This document shows, in pieces, positions 1 to 7,611 of a DNA stretch of 64,000 bases. Below the pieces are notes generated by a model. The model had not been told where the DNA came from, did no database searches, and saw only the letters and a list, made by a program, of their open reading frames with translations. The stretch comes from Acutalibacteraceae bacterium (lineage in GTDB: Bacteria; Bacillota; Clostridia; Oscillospirales; Acutalibacteraceae): assembly GCA_045648765.1 (NCBI GenBank), contig JAZROQ010000003.1, forward strand, positions 2,965 to 66,964. The letters are read 5' to 3'. Made by a program: the position numbers and the translations under genes. Every line of letters starts with the position of its first letter. Position 1 is the stretch's first letter.

Positions 1-274
1 TGGAAAACCCTTCGGTCATGGCTTTTTCAATATCGGGAATACCCGGTCCGTTGTCGGCAAGTTCAATATAGATTTTTTCCGGTGCAATCTCCACCGTTGC
101 TTCGCCGCCATTTGCGTGAATCACCATGTTAATTTCGCCTTCGTACATGGCAATCGCCACACGGCGGATAACGTCTGCGGGAAACCCCAACTGTTTGAGT
201 TTTGCCTTCACAGCGCCCGAAGCCTCACCCGCGCGGGTGAAATCGTTGGCGGGAACAGTGTATTGTAATTTCAT
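1..274 (-). CDS. GHKL/HATPase_c-type ATP-binding protein (anti-sigma-factor/serine-kinase-like). The first 91 codons are in the window and the 3' part lies outside it.
   Basis: My minus-strand translation from the ATG at 274-272 reads MKLQYTVPANDFTRAGEASGAVKAKLKQLGFPADVIRRVAIAMYEGEINMVIHANGGEATVEIAPEKIYIELADNGPGIPDIEKAMTEGFS. EGEIN...HA and DNGPGIPD resemble the N and G1 boxes of GHKL ATPases. It pairs with the downstream DRTGG gene. Confidence 0.6.
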   Translation of the reverse strand, partial: MKLQYTVPANDFTRAGEASGAVKAKLKQLGFPADVIRRVAIAMYEGEINMVIHANGGEATVEIAPEKIYIELADNGPGIPDIEKAMTEGFS

Positions 275-285
275 ACGCTGTCACC

Positions 286-633
286 TCAACCGCACAAGCC
301 GTTTTGATATAACAACCCGCACGCGGTAAACATGCGCAACGGGGTTTTCAGCAACACAATGTCGAATTCTTTGGCAAGTTCCACCATTTCGGGGGTGGGT
401 TCCTTGCCGCGCACAAACACCACGCAAAGCATATCCATCATTTCGGCGGTGCGAATCACTTGCAAGTTCACAAGCCCCGTCATCAGCACCGATTGATCCT
501 TTACAAACGCCAGCACGTCGCTCATCATATCGCTGCCGCAAGCGTTGTGTACTTCCTGCTCCAAAAGGTCGTCGCCGCAAAGAATTTCGGCGTTCAAAAT
601 ACGTTTAACATCTGCAATGGTCATGTGTGTCAC
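286..633 (-). CDS. DRTGG domain-containing protein
   Basis: The 115-aa ORF contains SDMMSDVLAF...LMTGLVNLQVIRTAEM...VVFVRGK, which is typical of small DRTGG proteins. It sits 11 nt upstream of the HATPase gene on the same strand. Confidence 0.6.
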   Translation of the reverse strand: MTHMTIADVKRILNAEILCGDDLLEQEVHNACGSDMMSDVLAFVKDQSVLMTGLVNLQVIRTAEMMDMLCVVFVRGKEPTPEMVELAKEFDIVLLKTPLRMFTACGLLYQNGLCG

Positions 634-798
634 GCTCCTTCATAACAACAGTATACCGCAAAACTTTCTTTGTTGCAAGTATCTATAAAACAAACCCAAA
701 AATTCACGTTTTTTTGCCAAAATGCCGTTGACGAATCACAAAAAACAGAGTATGATAATATATTATCAATGTTATACAAATTTTGGGAGGCATGTATT

Positions 799-1881
799 AT
801 GGCAAGAGTATATAATTTTTCCGCAGGTCCGTCGGTTTTGCCCGAATCGGTGCTCAACCGTGCCGCTGCCGAAATGTTGGATTATCAAGGTTCGGGACAA
901 TCGGTGATGGAGATGTCGCACCGTTCCAAAGTGTACGATGCCATCATCAAAGAATGCGAAGCCTTGCTCCGCGAAGTGATGAACATTCCCGATAACTATA
1001 AAGTGCTGTTTTTGCAAGGCGGCGCTTCGTCGCAATTTGCGATGATTCCGCTGAACCTGCTTAACAAAAGCGGCAAAGCCGATTTTATCTTAACGGGTCA
1101 ATGGGCAACCAAAGCCTACAAAGAAGCGGCACGCTACGGCGAAGCCAAGGCAATTGCCAGCTCCAAAGATAAAACGTTCTCGTACATCCCTGCTTGGGAC
1201 GAAGCTGATTTCACCCCCGATGCGGACTATTTCCACATCTGCATGAACAACACCATCTACGGCACCCGCTTTACCGAATTGCCGCAAACCGGCAACGTTC
1301 CGTTGGTGGCAGATATTTCGTCTTGCATTTTGTCCGAACCGATCGACGTTTCCAAGTTCGGCATTTTGTACGCCGGCGCACAAAAGAACATGGGCCCTGC
1401 GGGTCTCACCGTTGTCATCATCCGCGAAGACTTGATCGGCAACGCGCAAGAAATCACCCCCACCATGTTCAACTACGCCACTCATTCCGAAAACGATTCC
1501 ATGTTCAACACCCCGCCGTGCTACGCCATCTACATTTGCAAACTGGTTCTCGAATGGTTGCGCGATGAAATCGGCGGTTTAGAGAAAATGAAAGAAATCA
1601 ACGAAAAGAAAGCCGCTATCTTGTACGATTTCTTGGATTCGTCCACCATGTTCAAAGCCACTGTCGAAGCCAAAGACCGTTCGCTCATGAACGTGCCGTT
1701 TATCACCGGCAACGAAGAACTCGATGCCAAATTCGTCAAAGAAGCCACTGCCGCCGGTTTTGTCAACTTAAAAGGTCACCGTTCGGTGGGCGGTATGCGC
1801 GCTTCCATCTACAACGCCATGCCCGTAGAAGGCGTGGAAAAATTAGTGGCGTTCATGAAAGCTTTCGAAGCCGCTAACTAA
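799..1881 (+). CDS. serC: Phosphoserine aminotransferase
   Basis: MARVYNFSAGPSVLPESVL...SVMEMSHRSK...GAQKNMGPAGLTVVIIRED...GGMRASIYNAMP are hallmark SerC motifs. I trimmed the start to the ATG at 799, which has a GGGAGG RBS at 785-790. Confidence 0.95.
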   Translation: MARVYNFSAGPSVLPESVLNRAAAEMLDYQGSGQSVMEMSHRSKVYDAIIKECEALLREVMNIPDNYKVLFLQGGASSQFAMIPLNLLNKSGKADFILTGQWATKAYKEAARYGEAKAIASSKDKTFSYIPAWDEADFTPDADYFHICMNNTIYGTRFTELPQTGNVPLVADISSCILSEPIDVSKFGILYAGAQKNMGPAGLTVVIIREDLIGNAQEITPTMFNYATHSENDSMFNTPPCYAIYICKLVLEWLRDEIGGLEKMKEINEKKAAILYDFLDSSTMFKATVEAKDRSLMNVPFITGNEELDAKFVKEATAAGFVNLKGHRSVGGMRASIYNAMPVEGVEKLVAFMKAFEAAN

Positions 1882-1892
1882 GGAGAATTATT

Positions 1893-3050
1893 ATGGACAT
1901 TTTAACACTTAATAAAATTGCCGCTTGCGGCACCGACTTGTTCGGCAATGCCTACAACGTCAGCGACGCCGCCGAAAACCCTGCGGGTATTTTGGTGCGC
2001 TCTGCCGCCATGCACGATATGGAATTGCCGGCTTCGTTGTTGGCGGTTGCCCGTGCAGGTGCCGGTGTCAACAACATTCCGCTCGACAAATGCAGCGAAG
2101 CGGGCGTCGTGGTGTTCAACACCCCCGGTGCCAACGCCAACGCGGTAAAAGAATTGGTCATCGCGGGTTTGTTGCTCGCTTCACGTAAAGTGGTTCCCGC
2201 CATCGACTGGGCAAAAACCCTCAAAGGCGAGGGCGCCGCTGTCGGCAAACTGGTCGAAAAAGGCAAAGGCCAATTCGCCGGTCCCGAAATTTTGGGCAAA
2301 AAACTCGGCGTTATCGGTCTTGGTGCCATTGGCGTGTTGGTTGCTAACGCCGCCACCGCTTTGGGCATGGAAGTCTATGGCTACGACCCGTACTTGTCGG
2401 TGGATGCCGCTTGGGCGCTTTCGCGTTCCACGCATCACGCCGCCACGCTCGAACAAATCTATGCCGAATGCGATTACATCACCTTGCACTTGCCGCTTAA
2501 CGACGGCACCCGCGGCATGATCGGCGCCGATTCTTTGGCACAAATGAAAGATGGTGTCCGCATTCTCAACTTTGCCCGCGGCGAATTGGTCGAAAGCGAA
2601 GCCATGAAAGCGGCTTTGGCAAACGGCAAAGTTGCCGCCTATGTGGTGGACTTCCCGTCGGATGAAATGCTGTGTGTCGAAAATGTGGTGGCTATCCCGC
2701 ACCTTGGTGCTTCCACCCCCGAAAGTGAAGATAACTGTGCCGTCATGGCGGTGCAAGAACTCAAAGCCTATTTGGAACAAGGCGTTATCCGCAACTCGGT
2801 CAACTTCCCCGCCATGGAACTCGAAAAATCCAGTGCCGTGCGCGTGTGTGTGTTGCACCGCAACGTGCCGACCATGCTTGCCCAAATCAGCGCAGTGATT
2901 TCCGAAGCGGGTGTCAATATCGACACGCTGACCAACCGTTCCCGCAAAGAATACGCCTACACAGTGGCCGATATCAGCGTCGACGTCGCACAAGACGTGC
3001 TGGATAAAGTGGCTGCCATCGACGGCGTCATTCGCGTTCGTAAAGTTTAA
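1893..3050 (+). CDS. serA: D-3-phosphoglycerate dehydrogenase (2-hydroxyacid dehydrogenase with a C-terminal ACT-like domain)
   Basis: It has a GLGAIG NAD-binding motif and a C-terminal ACT-like segment (RVCVLHRNVPTMLAQISAVISEAGVNI). It lies directly downstream of serC. Confidence 0.88.
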   Translation: MDILTLNKIAACGTDLFGNAYNVSDAAENPAGILVRSAAMHDMELPASLLAVARAGAGVNNIPLDKCSEAGVVVFNTPGANANAVKELVIAGLLLASRKVVPAIDWAKTLKGEGAAVGKLVEKGKGQFAGPEILGKKLGVIGLGAIGVLVANAATALGMEVYGYDPYLSVDAAWALSRSTHHAATLEQIYAECDYITLHLPLNDGTRGMIGADSLAQMKDGVRILNFARGELVESEAMKAALANGKVAAYVVDFPSDEMLCVENVVAIPHLGASTPESEDNCAVMAVQELKAYLEQGVIRNSVNFPAMELEKSSAVRVCVLHRNVPTMLAQISAVISEAGVNIDTLTNRSRKEYAYTVADISVDVAQDVLDKVAAIDGVIRVRKV

Positions 3051-3056
3051 GTTTAG

Positions 3057-3096
3057 CAGCGGTGCAACGCCAAGCGTTTGCACCGCTGTTTTTTTT
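3057..3096 (+). terminator. Intrinsic terminator after serA
   Basis: CAGCGGTGCAA...TTGCACCGCTG stem followed by T8. Confidence 0.75.
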
Positions 3097-3113
3097 CAAT
3101 GATGGGAGAAATT

Positions 3114-3902
3114 ATGGAAAGGAAAGAAAACATGGCATTACTTTTGCGCATGGTTGGTGCCACAATCTTTGTACTGCTTTTTGTGTGGGGCGTGTTGCCC
3201 ACACTCACGGGGCGGTTTCACTTGGGTTGTGTGGCGCTCATGCTTGCGGGCGCTGTCGGCGCCTTTTCGTGCGCGTGTTTGCCTTTGGTTGTCAAATGGT
3301 GGTGCGCCGCTTGGCAGACCGTGGCAGGGAAAATTGTGTTGAGCAGTTTCACCGGTATAGCAGCGGCGTTGCTTTTGCTGTTTTGTGCGGTTTCGTGCTT
3401 GATGGTTGCCGCCAACTACCAAAAACCCGCCCAAGATGCCACCGTGGTGGTGCTGGGTGCCGCTTTGCGCGGCGAAAACCCCAGCCGTTTGTTGCGCGAA
3501 CGGTTGGAAACCGCCAAGGACTATCTGCATCAAAACCCCACCGCCGTTTGTGTGGTGTCGGGCGGTCAGGGCGAGGACGAAGTATGCAGCGAAGCCCGGG
3601 TCATGAAACGGTATCTCATGGAGCACGGCATTGCCGAACAGCGCATTTATATGGAAGATAACTCCACCAGCACGTTCGAAAACATCCGCTTTTCCAAAGA
3701 ACTTATCAAGCAACATGGTCTTTCCCAAAACATTGCGCTTGTCACACAAGAATTTCACCAATACCGCGCCTCCAAACTGGCACGTCAAGCAGGTTTTACA
3801 AACATTGGTGCTTTGCCGTCGCAAACACCGTTTTATCTGCTCGGCAGTTATTGGGTGCGTGATTTTGCGGGCGTTTGTCACTTGGCAGTGTTTGGCTGGT
3901 AA
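3114..3902 (+). CDS. DUF218 (YdcF/ElyC/SanA-like) membrane protein
   Basis: N-terminal TM helices are followed by VVVLGAALRGENPSRLLRERLETA...VVSGGQG...EARVMKRYL...STSTFENIRFS. I chose the ATG at 3114 because it lies downstream of the serA terminator and has a GGGAGA RBS. Confidence 0.75.
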   Translation: MERKENMALLLRMVGATIFVLLFVWGVLPTLTGRFHLGCVALMLAGAVGAFSCACLPLVVKWWCAAWQTVAGKIVLSSFTGIAAALLLLFCAVSCLMVAANYQKPAQDATVVVLGAALRGENPSRLLRERLETAKDYLHQNPTAVCVVSGGQGEDEVCSEARVMKRYLMEHGIAEQRIYMEDNSTSTFENIRFSKELIKQHGLSQNIALVTQEFHQYRASKLARQAGFTNIGALPSQTPFYLLGSYWVRDFAGVCHLAVFGW

Positions 3903-4004
3903 GCCCGCAGGGCGGGGGCTCAGCTCCCGCGGTATTCCTCTTGCCAAAACTGACATAATGTGCTAAACTTTAACCGAAAAACCGAATTTTCGAGGTGAAC
4001 ATAA

Positions 4005-4778
4005 ATGACCGAACTAAAAAATAAACAAGGTTTCATTTGCGATATGGACGGTGTGATCTACCACGGTAACAAAGTGCTCGACGGCGTGCAGGAATTTGTC
4101 AACTGGCTGATCGACAACGACAAAAAATTTGTGTTCTTGACCAACAGTTCCGAGCGCACCCCCCACGAACTGAGTATGAAACTCGGCAGAATGGGGCTCG
4201 AAGTCGGCGCTTCGCATTTTTACACCAGCGCCATGGTAACGGCAGAATTTTTACATTCGCAAGCTCCCGGCAGCACCGCCTACGTCATTGGCGAAGCGGC
4301 ACTCACCAAAGCGCTGTATGACCACGGCATTTATATGAACGACGTCAACCCCGATTACGTTGTAGTGGGTGAAACACGTACCTATAGTTTCGAAAAAATT
4401 GAAAAAGCTGTCAACTTGGTTCGTGGCGGCGCCAAACTCATTGGCACCAACCCCGATATCACCGGCCCGACCGAAAAAGGCATCATGCCCGCCACGGGCG
4501 CACTGATTGCTCCCATTGAAATGGCAACCGGCAAAAAGGCGTATTTTGTCGGCAAACCCAACCCGCTGATGTTGCGCCACGGTTTGAAAAAACTCAATTG
4601 CCATTCGCAAGACATCGCCTTTGTCGGCGACCGCATGGATACCGACATCATTGCGGGCATCGAATCCAATGTCGATACCGTGTTGGTGCTTTCGGGCGTG
4701 ACAGACAAAGAAACCATCGACCTTTATCCCTACCGTCCCAAATACATTTTCGACGGCGTCGGCGACATTGTAAAATAA
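4005..4778 (+). CDS. HAD-IIA family phosphatase (NagD/YutF-like)
   Basis: FICDMDGVIYHG...FLTNSS...GKPN...VGDRMDTDI are HAD motifs I-IV. Confidence 0.8.
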   Translation: MTELKNKQGFICDMDGVIYHGNKVLDGVQEFVNWLIDNDKKFVFLTNSSERTPHELSMKLGRMGLEVGASHFYTSAMVTAEFLHSQAPGSTAYVIGEAALTKALYDHGIYMNDVNPDYVVVGETRTYSFEKIEKAVNLVRGGAKLIGTNPDITGPTEKGIMPATGALIAPIEMATGKKAYFVGKPNPLMLRHGLKKLNCHSQDIAFVGDRMDTDIIAGIESNVDTVLVLSGVTDKETIDLYPYRPKYIFDGVGDIVK

Positions 4779-4790
4779 TCAAAACAATAA

Positions 4791-4820
4791 CCCCCCGCAT
4801 AGCGGGGGGGATTTCATTTT
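4791..4820 (+). terminator. Intrinsic terminator after the HAD gene
   Basis: CCCCCCGCATAGCGGGGGGG hairpin followed by a T-rich tail. Confidence 0.7.
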
Positions 4821-4931
4821 CGGGCATAGCTCTAATACTACTGGCTGCGCACAAGTGCGCTTTTTATTGGCCTGCCAGCCGCGCATGGATTACCGGCTAC
4901 CCATAAATGGGTTATAGCAATGCCTAATGAA

Positions 4932-5172
4932 GCCTCCCTTGTGTAAAGGGAGGTGGCCGAGGAGGCAAGGCCGACGAGGTTGGAGGGATTGTAAAGCATA
5001 TTGACACATTTTATCTCATCATAACAATCCCCCAGTCAGCCTTACGGCTGCCAGTGTCTCGCTGCGGCTCGGTCCACCCGCGGCTCTGACAGTCCACCGG
5101 ACTGTCATTCACTACCGCGGGATGCCGCTTCGCTACCCTTTACACAAGGGGGCCTTCCCCGCTGCGGCGGGG
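4932..5172 (-). repeat. Nested-palindrome repeat element, copy 1 (inverted relative to copy 2 at 13603-13774)
   Basis: It shares four blocks with copy 2: CCGCCGCAGCGG..GGCCCCCTTGTGTAAAGGG, GACTGGGGGATTG, ACAATCCCTCC and the 25-nt identical CCACCTCCCTTTACACAAGGGAGGC. The outer blocks form a 15-bp inverted repeat and the inner blocks a 7-9-bp one. Confidence 0.6.
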
Positions 5173-5270
5173 TTTTTCATCGGTAAACCTCTTTTGAACC
5201 ACGCGACTATCGCGTGGTTTTCATTTGCAAAAAAAGGCACTGCAAACTGTGTTTGCAGTGCCTTTTAATT

Positions 5271-5387
5271 CACCTCGTTTCACTCGGTGTCGCTCCCTTT
5301 CCTGGTTTGAATCCCTAACACAACCAAAAGAAAAAAAGGTGTCGGCCTTTGCAGACCAACACCTTTTTTGGCGGAGAGTTAGGGATT
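5271..5387. repeat. Unit 1 of a tandem duplication of about 188 bp (46-nt block, A-rich spacer, hairpin, 19-nt copy of the tRNA-Ser 3' end)
   Basis: 5271-5316 matches 5459-5505 (CACCTCGTTTCACTCGGTGT(T)CGCTCCCTTTCCTGGTT(T/C)GAATCCC). 5369-5387, TGGCGGAGAGTTAGGGATT, is identical to 5558-5576, the 3' end of the intact tRNA-Ser. Confidence 0.7.
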
Positions 5388-5502
5388 TTATCGCAGTCGC
5401 TGACGCTCCTTTGGAGGAAAGTCAAAACAGTCCACCGGACTGTTTTTCTGTCGCTCCTCACCTCGTTTCACTCGGTGTTCGCTCCCTTTCCTGGTTCGAA
5501 TC
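5369..5502 (-). pseudogene. Possible decayed tRNA-Ser-like remnant (D-arm-like 5' part, unrelated insert, authentic 3' acceptor/CCA copy)
   Basis: The minus strand starts GGAGCGAACACCGAGTGAAACGAGGTG. That is 17/27 identical by eye to the tRNA-Ser 5' half, including CCGAGTG. It ends AATCCCTAACTCTCCGCCA. I could not draw a cloverleaf. Confidence 0.3.
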
Positions 5503-5557
5503 CCATTCACCCAATAAAACAAAAGAACCAATCCTTTCGGACTGGTTCTTTTTGTTT

Positions 5558-5643
5558 TGGCGGAGAGTTAGGGATTCGAACCCTAGGTACTTTCGTACAC
5601 AGCATTTCGAGTGCTGCACCTTCGACCACTCGGACAACTCTCC
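5558..5643 (-). tRNA. tRNA-Ser (anticodon CGA), CCA encoded
   Basis: 86 nt. The acceptor stem is GGAGAGT/ACTCTCC, the anticodon stem CAGCA/TGCTG with loop CTCGAAA, the long variable arm GTACGAAAGTAC and the T arm TAGGGTTCGAATCCCTA. Confidence 0.9.
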
Positions 5644-5701
5644 GTACCGATTGGCGACCTAGATATTATAGTGGATTTTTTGTCGTTTGTCAACGGAAAT
5701 T

Positions 5702-6541
5702 TTAAAGATTCTGCGGTTGTGTCTTGCGATAGGCAGAAGGGGTCATGCCAAACTTGGCTTTAAACAACACAAAAAAATAACTTTCGGTCGAAAATCCAAT
5801 CGCTGCGGCAATTTGCGCCACGGGTTTTTCGGTACTGCGCAGCAGCATGGCGGCAACCGACAACCGTTTTTCTGTTACCAACTGTGAAAGGGTGCACCCA
5901 TAACTTTTGCGAATAATACGTGAGGTTTGTTTTTCGCTCAAAAACAGTCGCCCCGCGACGTCGGCAAGTGTGAGATTGCGCTCGAACGATTCGGCTAAAA
6001 TGCGGTCGATTTCGAACACATAATTCGTGCGCCCCGCCGCTGGTTTTTGTGCGGGAGCTGCGTGCATGGTGTTGAGCAAAATCAACGTGAGCAGTGGTTC
6101 CACCTTTAACCATTCTCGATTATTCCACGCTTCACCGAGTTTTTGCAGATACAACAGTGTTTCTTCGTTTTTGCGAATTTGGTGAACTTGCGGGGTGGAA
6201 AGAGCGTCAAAAAAGTTTTGAACCAAAGAAGTTTTGGCCTGGCGTGCCTCAAATTTGACCGAAAACCGAAACGTATGCTCACCCAAAATCGAAAAATGAC
6301 TGAGCTGTGGCGGGACAACGGCAATGGTGTTTTTGTAACAAAACGAGCCTTGTTCGGTCACGATGGTCAGCGCGTTTTCTTCCACAAAAAAGAACTCGAA
6401 AAATGAATGTGTGTGAAACGAATCGGATTGTGTGATGTTGTCGGTTTTGTCCACGGCAAAATTGCAGTCCAAAATAATTTCCAAAATCGTGCCGTCAATA
6501 TTCAGTTGTGTGTCGTAAACAAAATTCTTATCCATACCCAC
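5702..6541 (-). CDS. AraC family transcriptional regulator
   Basis: The C-terminal HTH_18 region (LTLADVAGRLFLSEKQTSRIIRK...PVAQIAAAIGFSTESYFFVLFKAKFGMTPSAYRK) follows a cupin-like N-terminus. The gene is divergent from the lyase gene. Confidence 0.85.
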   Translation of the reverse strand: MGMDKNFVYDTQLNIDGTILEIILDCNFAVDKTDNITQSDSFHTHSFFEFFFVEENALTIVTEQGSFCYKNTIAVVPPQLSHFSILGEHTFRFSVKFEARQAKTSLVQNFFDALSTPQVHQIRKNEETLLYLQKLGEAWNNREWLKVEPLLTLILLNTMHAAPAQKPAAGRTNYVFEIDRILAESFERNLTLADVAGRLFLSEKQTSRIIRKSYGCTLSQLVTEKRLSVAAMLLRSTEKPVAQIAAAIGFSTESYFFVLFKAKFGMTPSAYRKTQPQNL

Positions 6542-6713
6542 ATTCTACCAAAGCACCGATTTGCTGTCAACGATTTATACTTAAAAAAACGGATATTCCC
6601 TAAAAAAACTTTAAAAAAAGGACATTGCTCATAAAAGGTGTCCGTTTTCTTTATCGAAAAAAGCACAACGGTTTGTTACAATGAGGAAAAAAGAAAAAGA
6701 GGAGTGTTGTTCA

Positions 6714-7604
6714 GTGGCAAAGGGTACTTTCAACGGCGTATATAGCGCCATTTTTTCGATTTATGATGAAAATTTAAACGTGAAATTTGATGCGGTGCAA
6801 AAACTGGTGGATTACCAATTAGCAGGCGGTGTCAAAGGTTTTTACGTGTGTGGTAACACGGGTGAATGTGCGGTATTGCCTGTTTCTACCCGCAAACAAA
6901 TGTTGGAAGCGGTGGTCAAAGCCAATCGCGGCCGCGGTCAAATTATGGCGCATATCGGTGCCACTTCCATTGACCAAACCAAAGAATTGCTCGAACATGC
7001 CAACGGGATGGATATCGATGCCATTTCTTCGTTGCAACCGGCTCAAAAACCGTATTACCGCACCCCCGAAATTTTGGAATATTATCGTTGGCTGGCCGAA
7101 AACAGCAAACATCCGGTGTATGCTTATGTCACACCCGACATGCAAGGCAGCCCCGTGGCAATTGCCAAAGAATTTGAAAGAATCGATAACATTGCGGGTA
7201 TCAAGCTTACCAACCCCGATTATTTTTCGTTTGGTGCCGTTATGCGGGAGTTTAAAGGCAAACTCAATGTGCTTAACGGTCCCGATGAGACCATGATTTG
7301 CGGTTTGGCGGTGGGCGCCGACGGTGCTATCGGTACCACCTATAACCTGCTTCCCAAAGTATCGGTTGCTATTTACGAAAACTTTATGGCGGGCAACGTT
7401 CAAAAAGCTCTCGAAAGCCAACAAAAACTCAACCGTGTGATCGAACTTGCCATCAGCGGCAACATTGCTTATTGGAAAGCCATTTTGGGCGTTCACGGTT
7501 TTGATGTCGGTCACACTGTGTTCCCCCGCAAACTCCCCACCGAGCAAGAACTTGCCGAACTCAAAGCCAAGTTGGACGAAATCGGTTTTGCCGACATGAT
7601 GTGA
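6714..7604 (+). CDS. DapA/N-acetylneuraminate-lyase family aldolase
   Basis: GVKGFYVCGNTGECAVLPVSTRKQMLE and IAGIKLTNPD (Schiff-base Lys context) fit the DHDPS/NAL family. The ATG at 6681 overlaps a TGtTACAAT extended -10 at 6674-6682, so I prefer the in-frame GTG at 6714, which has an AAAGAGGAG RBS. Confidence 0.75.
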   Translation: MAKGTFNGVYSAIFSIYDENLNVKFDAVQKLVDYQLAGGVKGFYVCGNTGECAVLPVSTRKQMLEAVVKANRGRGQIMAHIGATSIDQTKELLEHANGMDIDAISSLQPAQKPYYRTPEILEYYRWLAENSKHPVYAYVTPDMQGSPVAIAKEFERIDNIAGIKLTNPDYFSFGAVMREFKGKLNVLNGPDETMICGLAVGADGAIGTTYNLLPKVSVAIYENFMAGNVQKALESQQKLNRVIELAISGNIAYWKAILGVHGFDVGHTVFPRKLPTEQELAELKAKLDEIGFADMM

Positions 7605-7611
7605 GAACACT

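Noticed and set aside
670-798. N-terminal extensions suggested by the ORF track (serC from 670, cysS to 26226, rnfC from 18883, rnfD from 20469, infB from 43798, recA to 30628, rimO to 28933, LysR to 35784, nifS from 52227, NUDIX to 17527)
   Set aside because: In each case an internal start codon with a proper Shine-Dalgarno sequence coincides with the conserved N-terminus of the family. The extension overlaps the upstream gene, a terminator or a leader.
2181-3083. 300-aa minus-strand ORF. Similar long antisense ORFs occur at 3138-3956, 6819-7826, 14318-15241, 24592-25674, 28572-29288, 29471-30229, 31425-32129, 36269-37111, 47672-48352, 52230-53174, 57067-57867, 59449-60024, 60794-61459 and 62352-63110.
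   Set aside because: Each one lies opposite a gene with clear family motifs and lacks an RBS and any recognisable domain. Open antisense frames of this kind are typical of moderately GC-rich coding DNA.
5488-5510. GGTTCGAATCC T-loop-like motif on the plus strand as a possible additional tRNA
   Set aside because: The flanking bases do not form a T stem (CCTGG versus CCCAT). No D arm, anticodon arm or acceptor pairing could be drawn on the plus strand.
4780-5700. Integrated prophage or genomic island at tRNA-Ser
   Set aside because: Only the att-like direct repeat is present. There is no integrase, excisionase or cargo ORF between or beside the repeats.
5225-5705. Two overlapping plus-strand ORFs (145 and 118 aa) in the tRNA-Ser region
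   Set aside because: They read through terminator hairpins, the duplicated repeat units and the antisense of a tRNA gene. They have no RBS.
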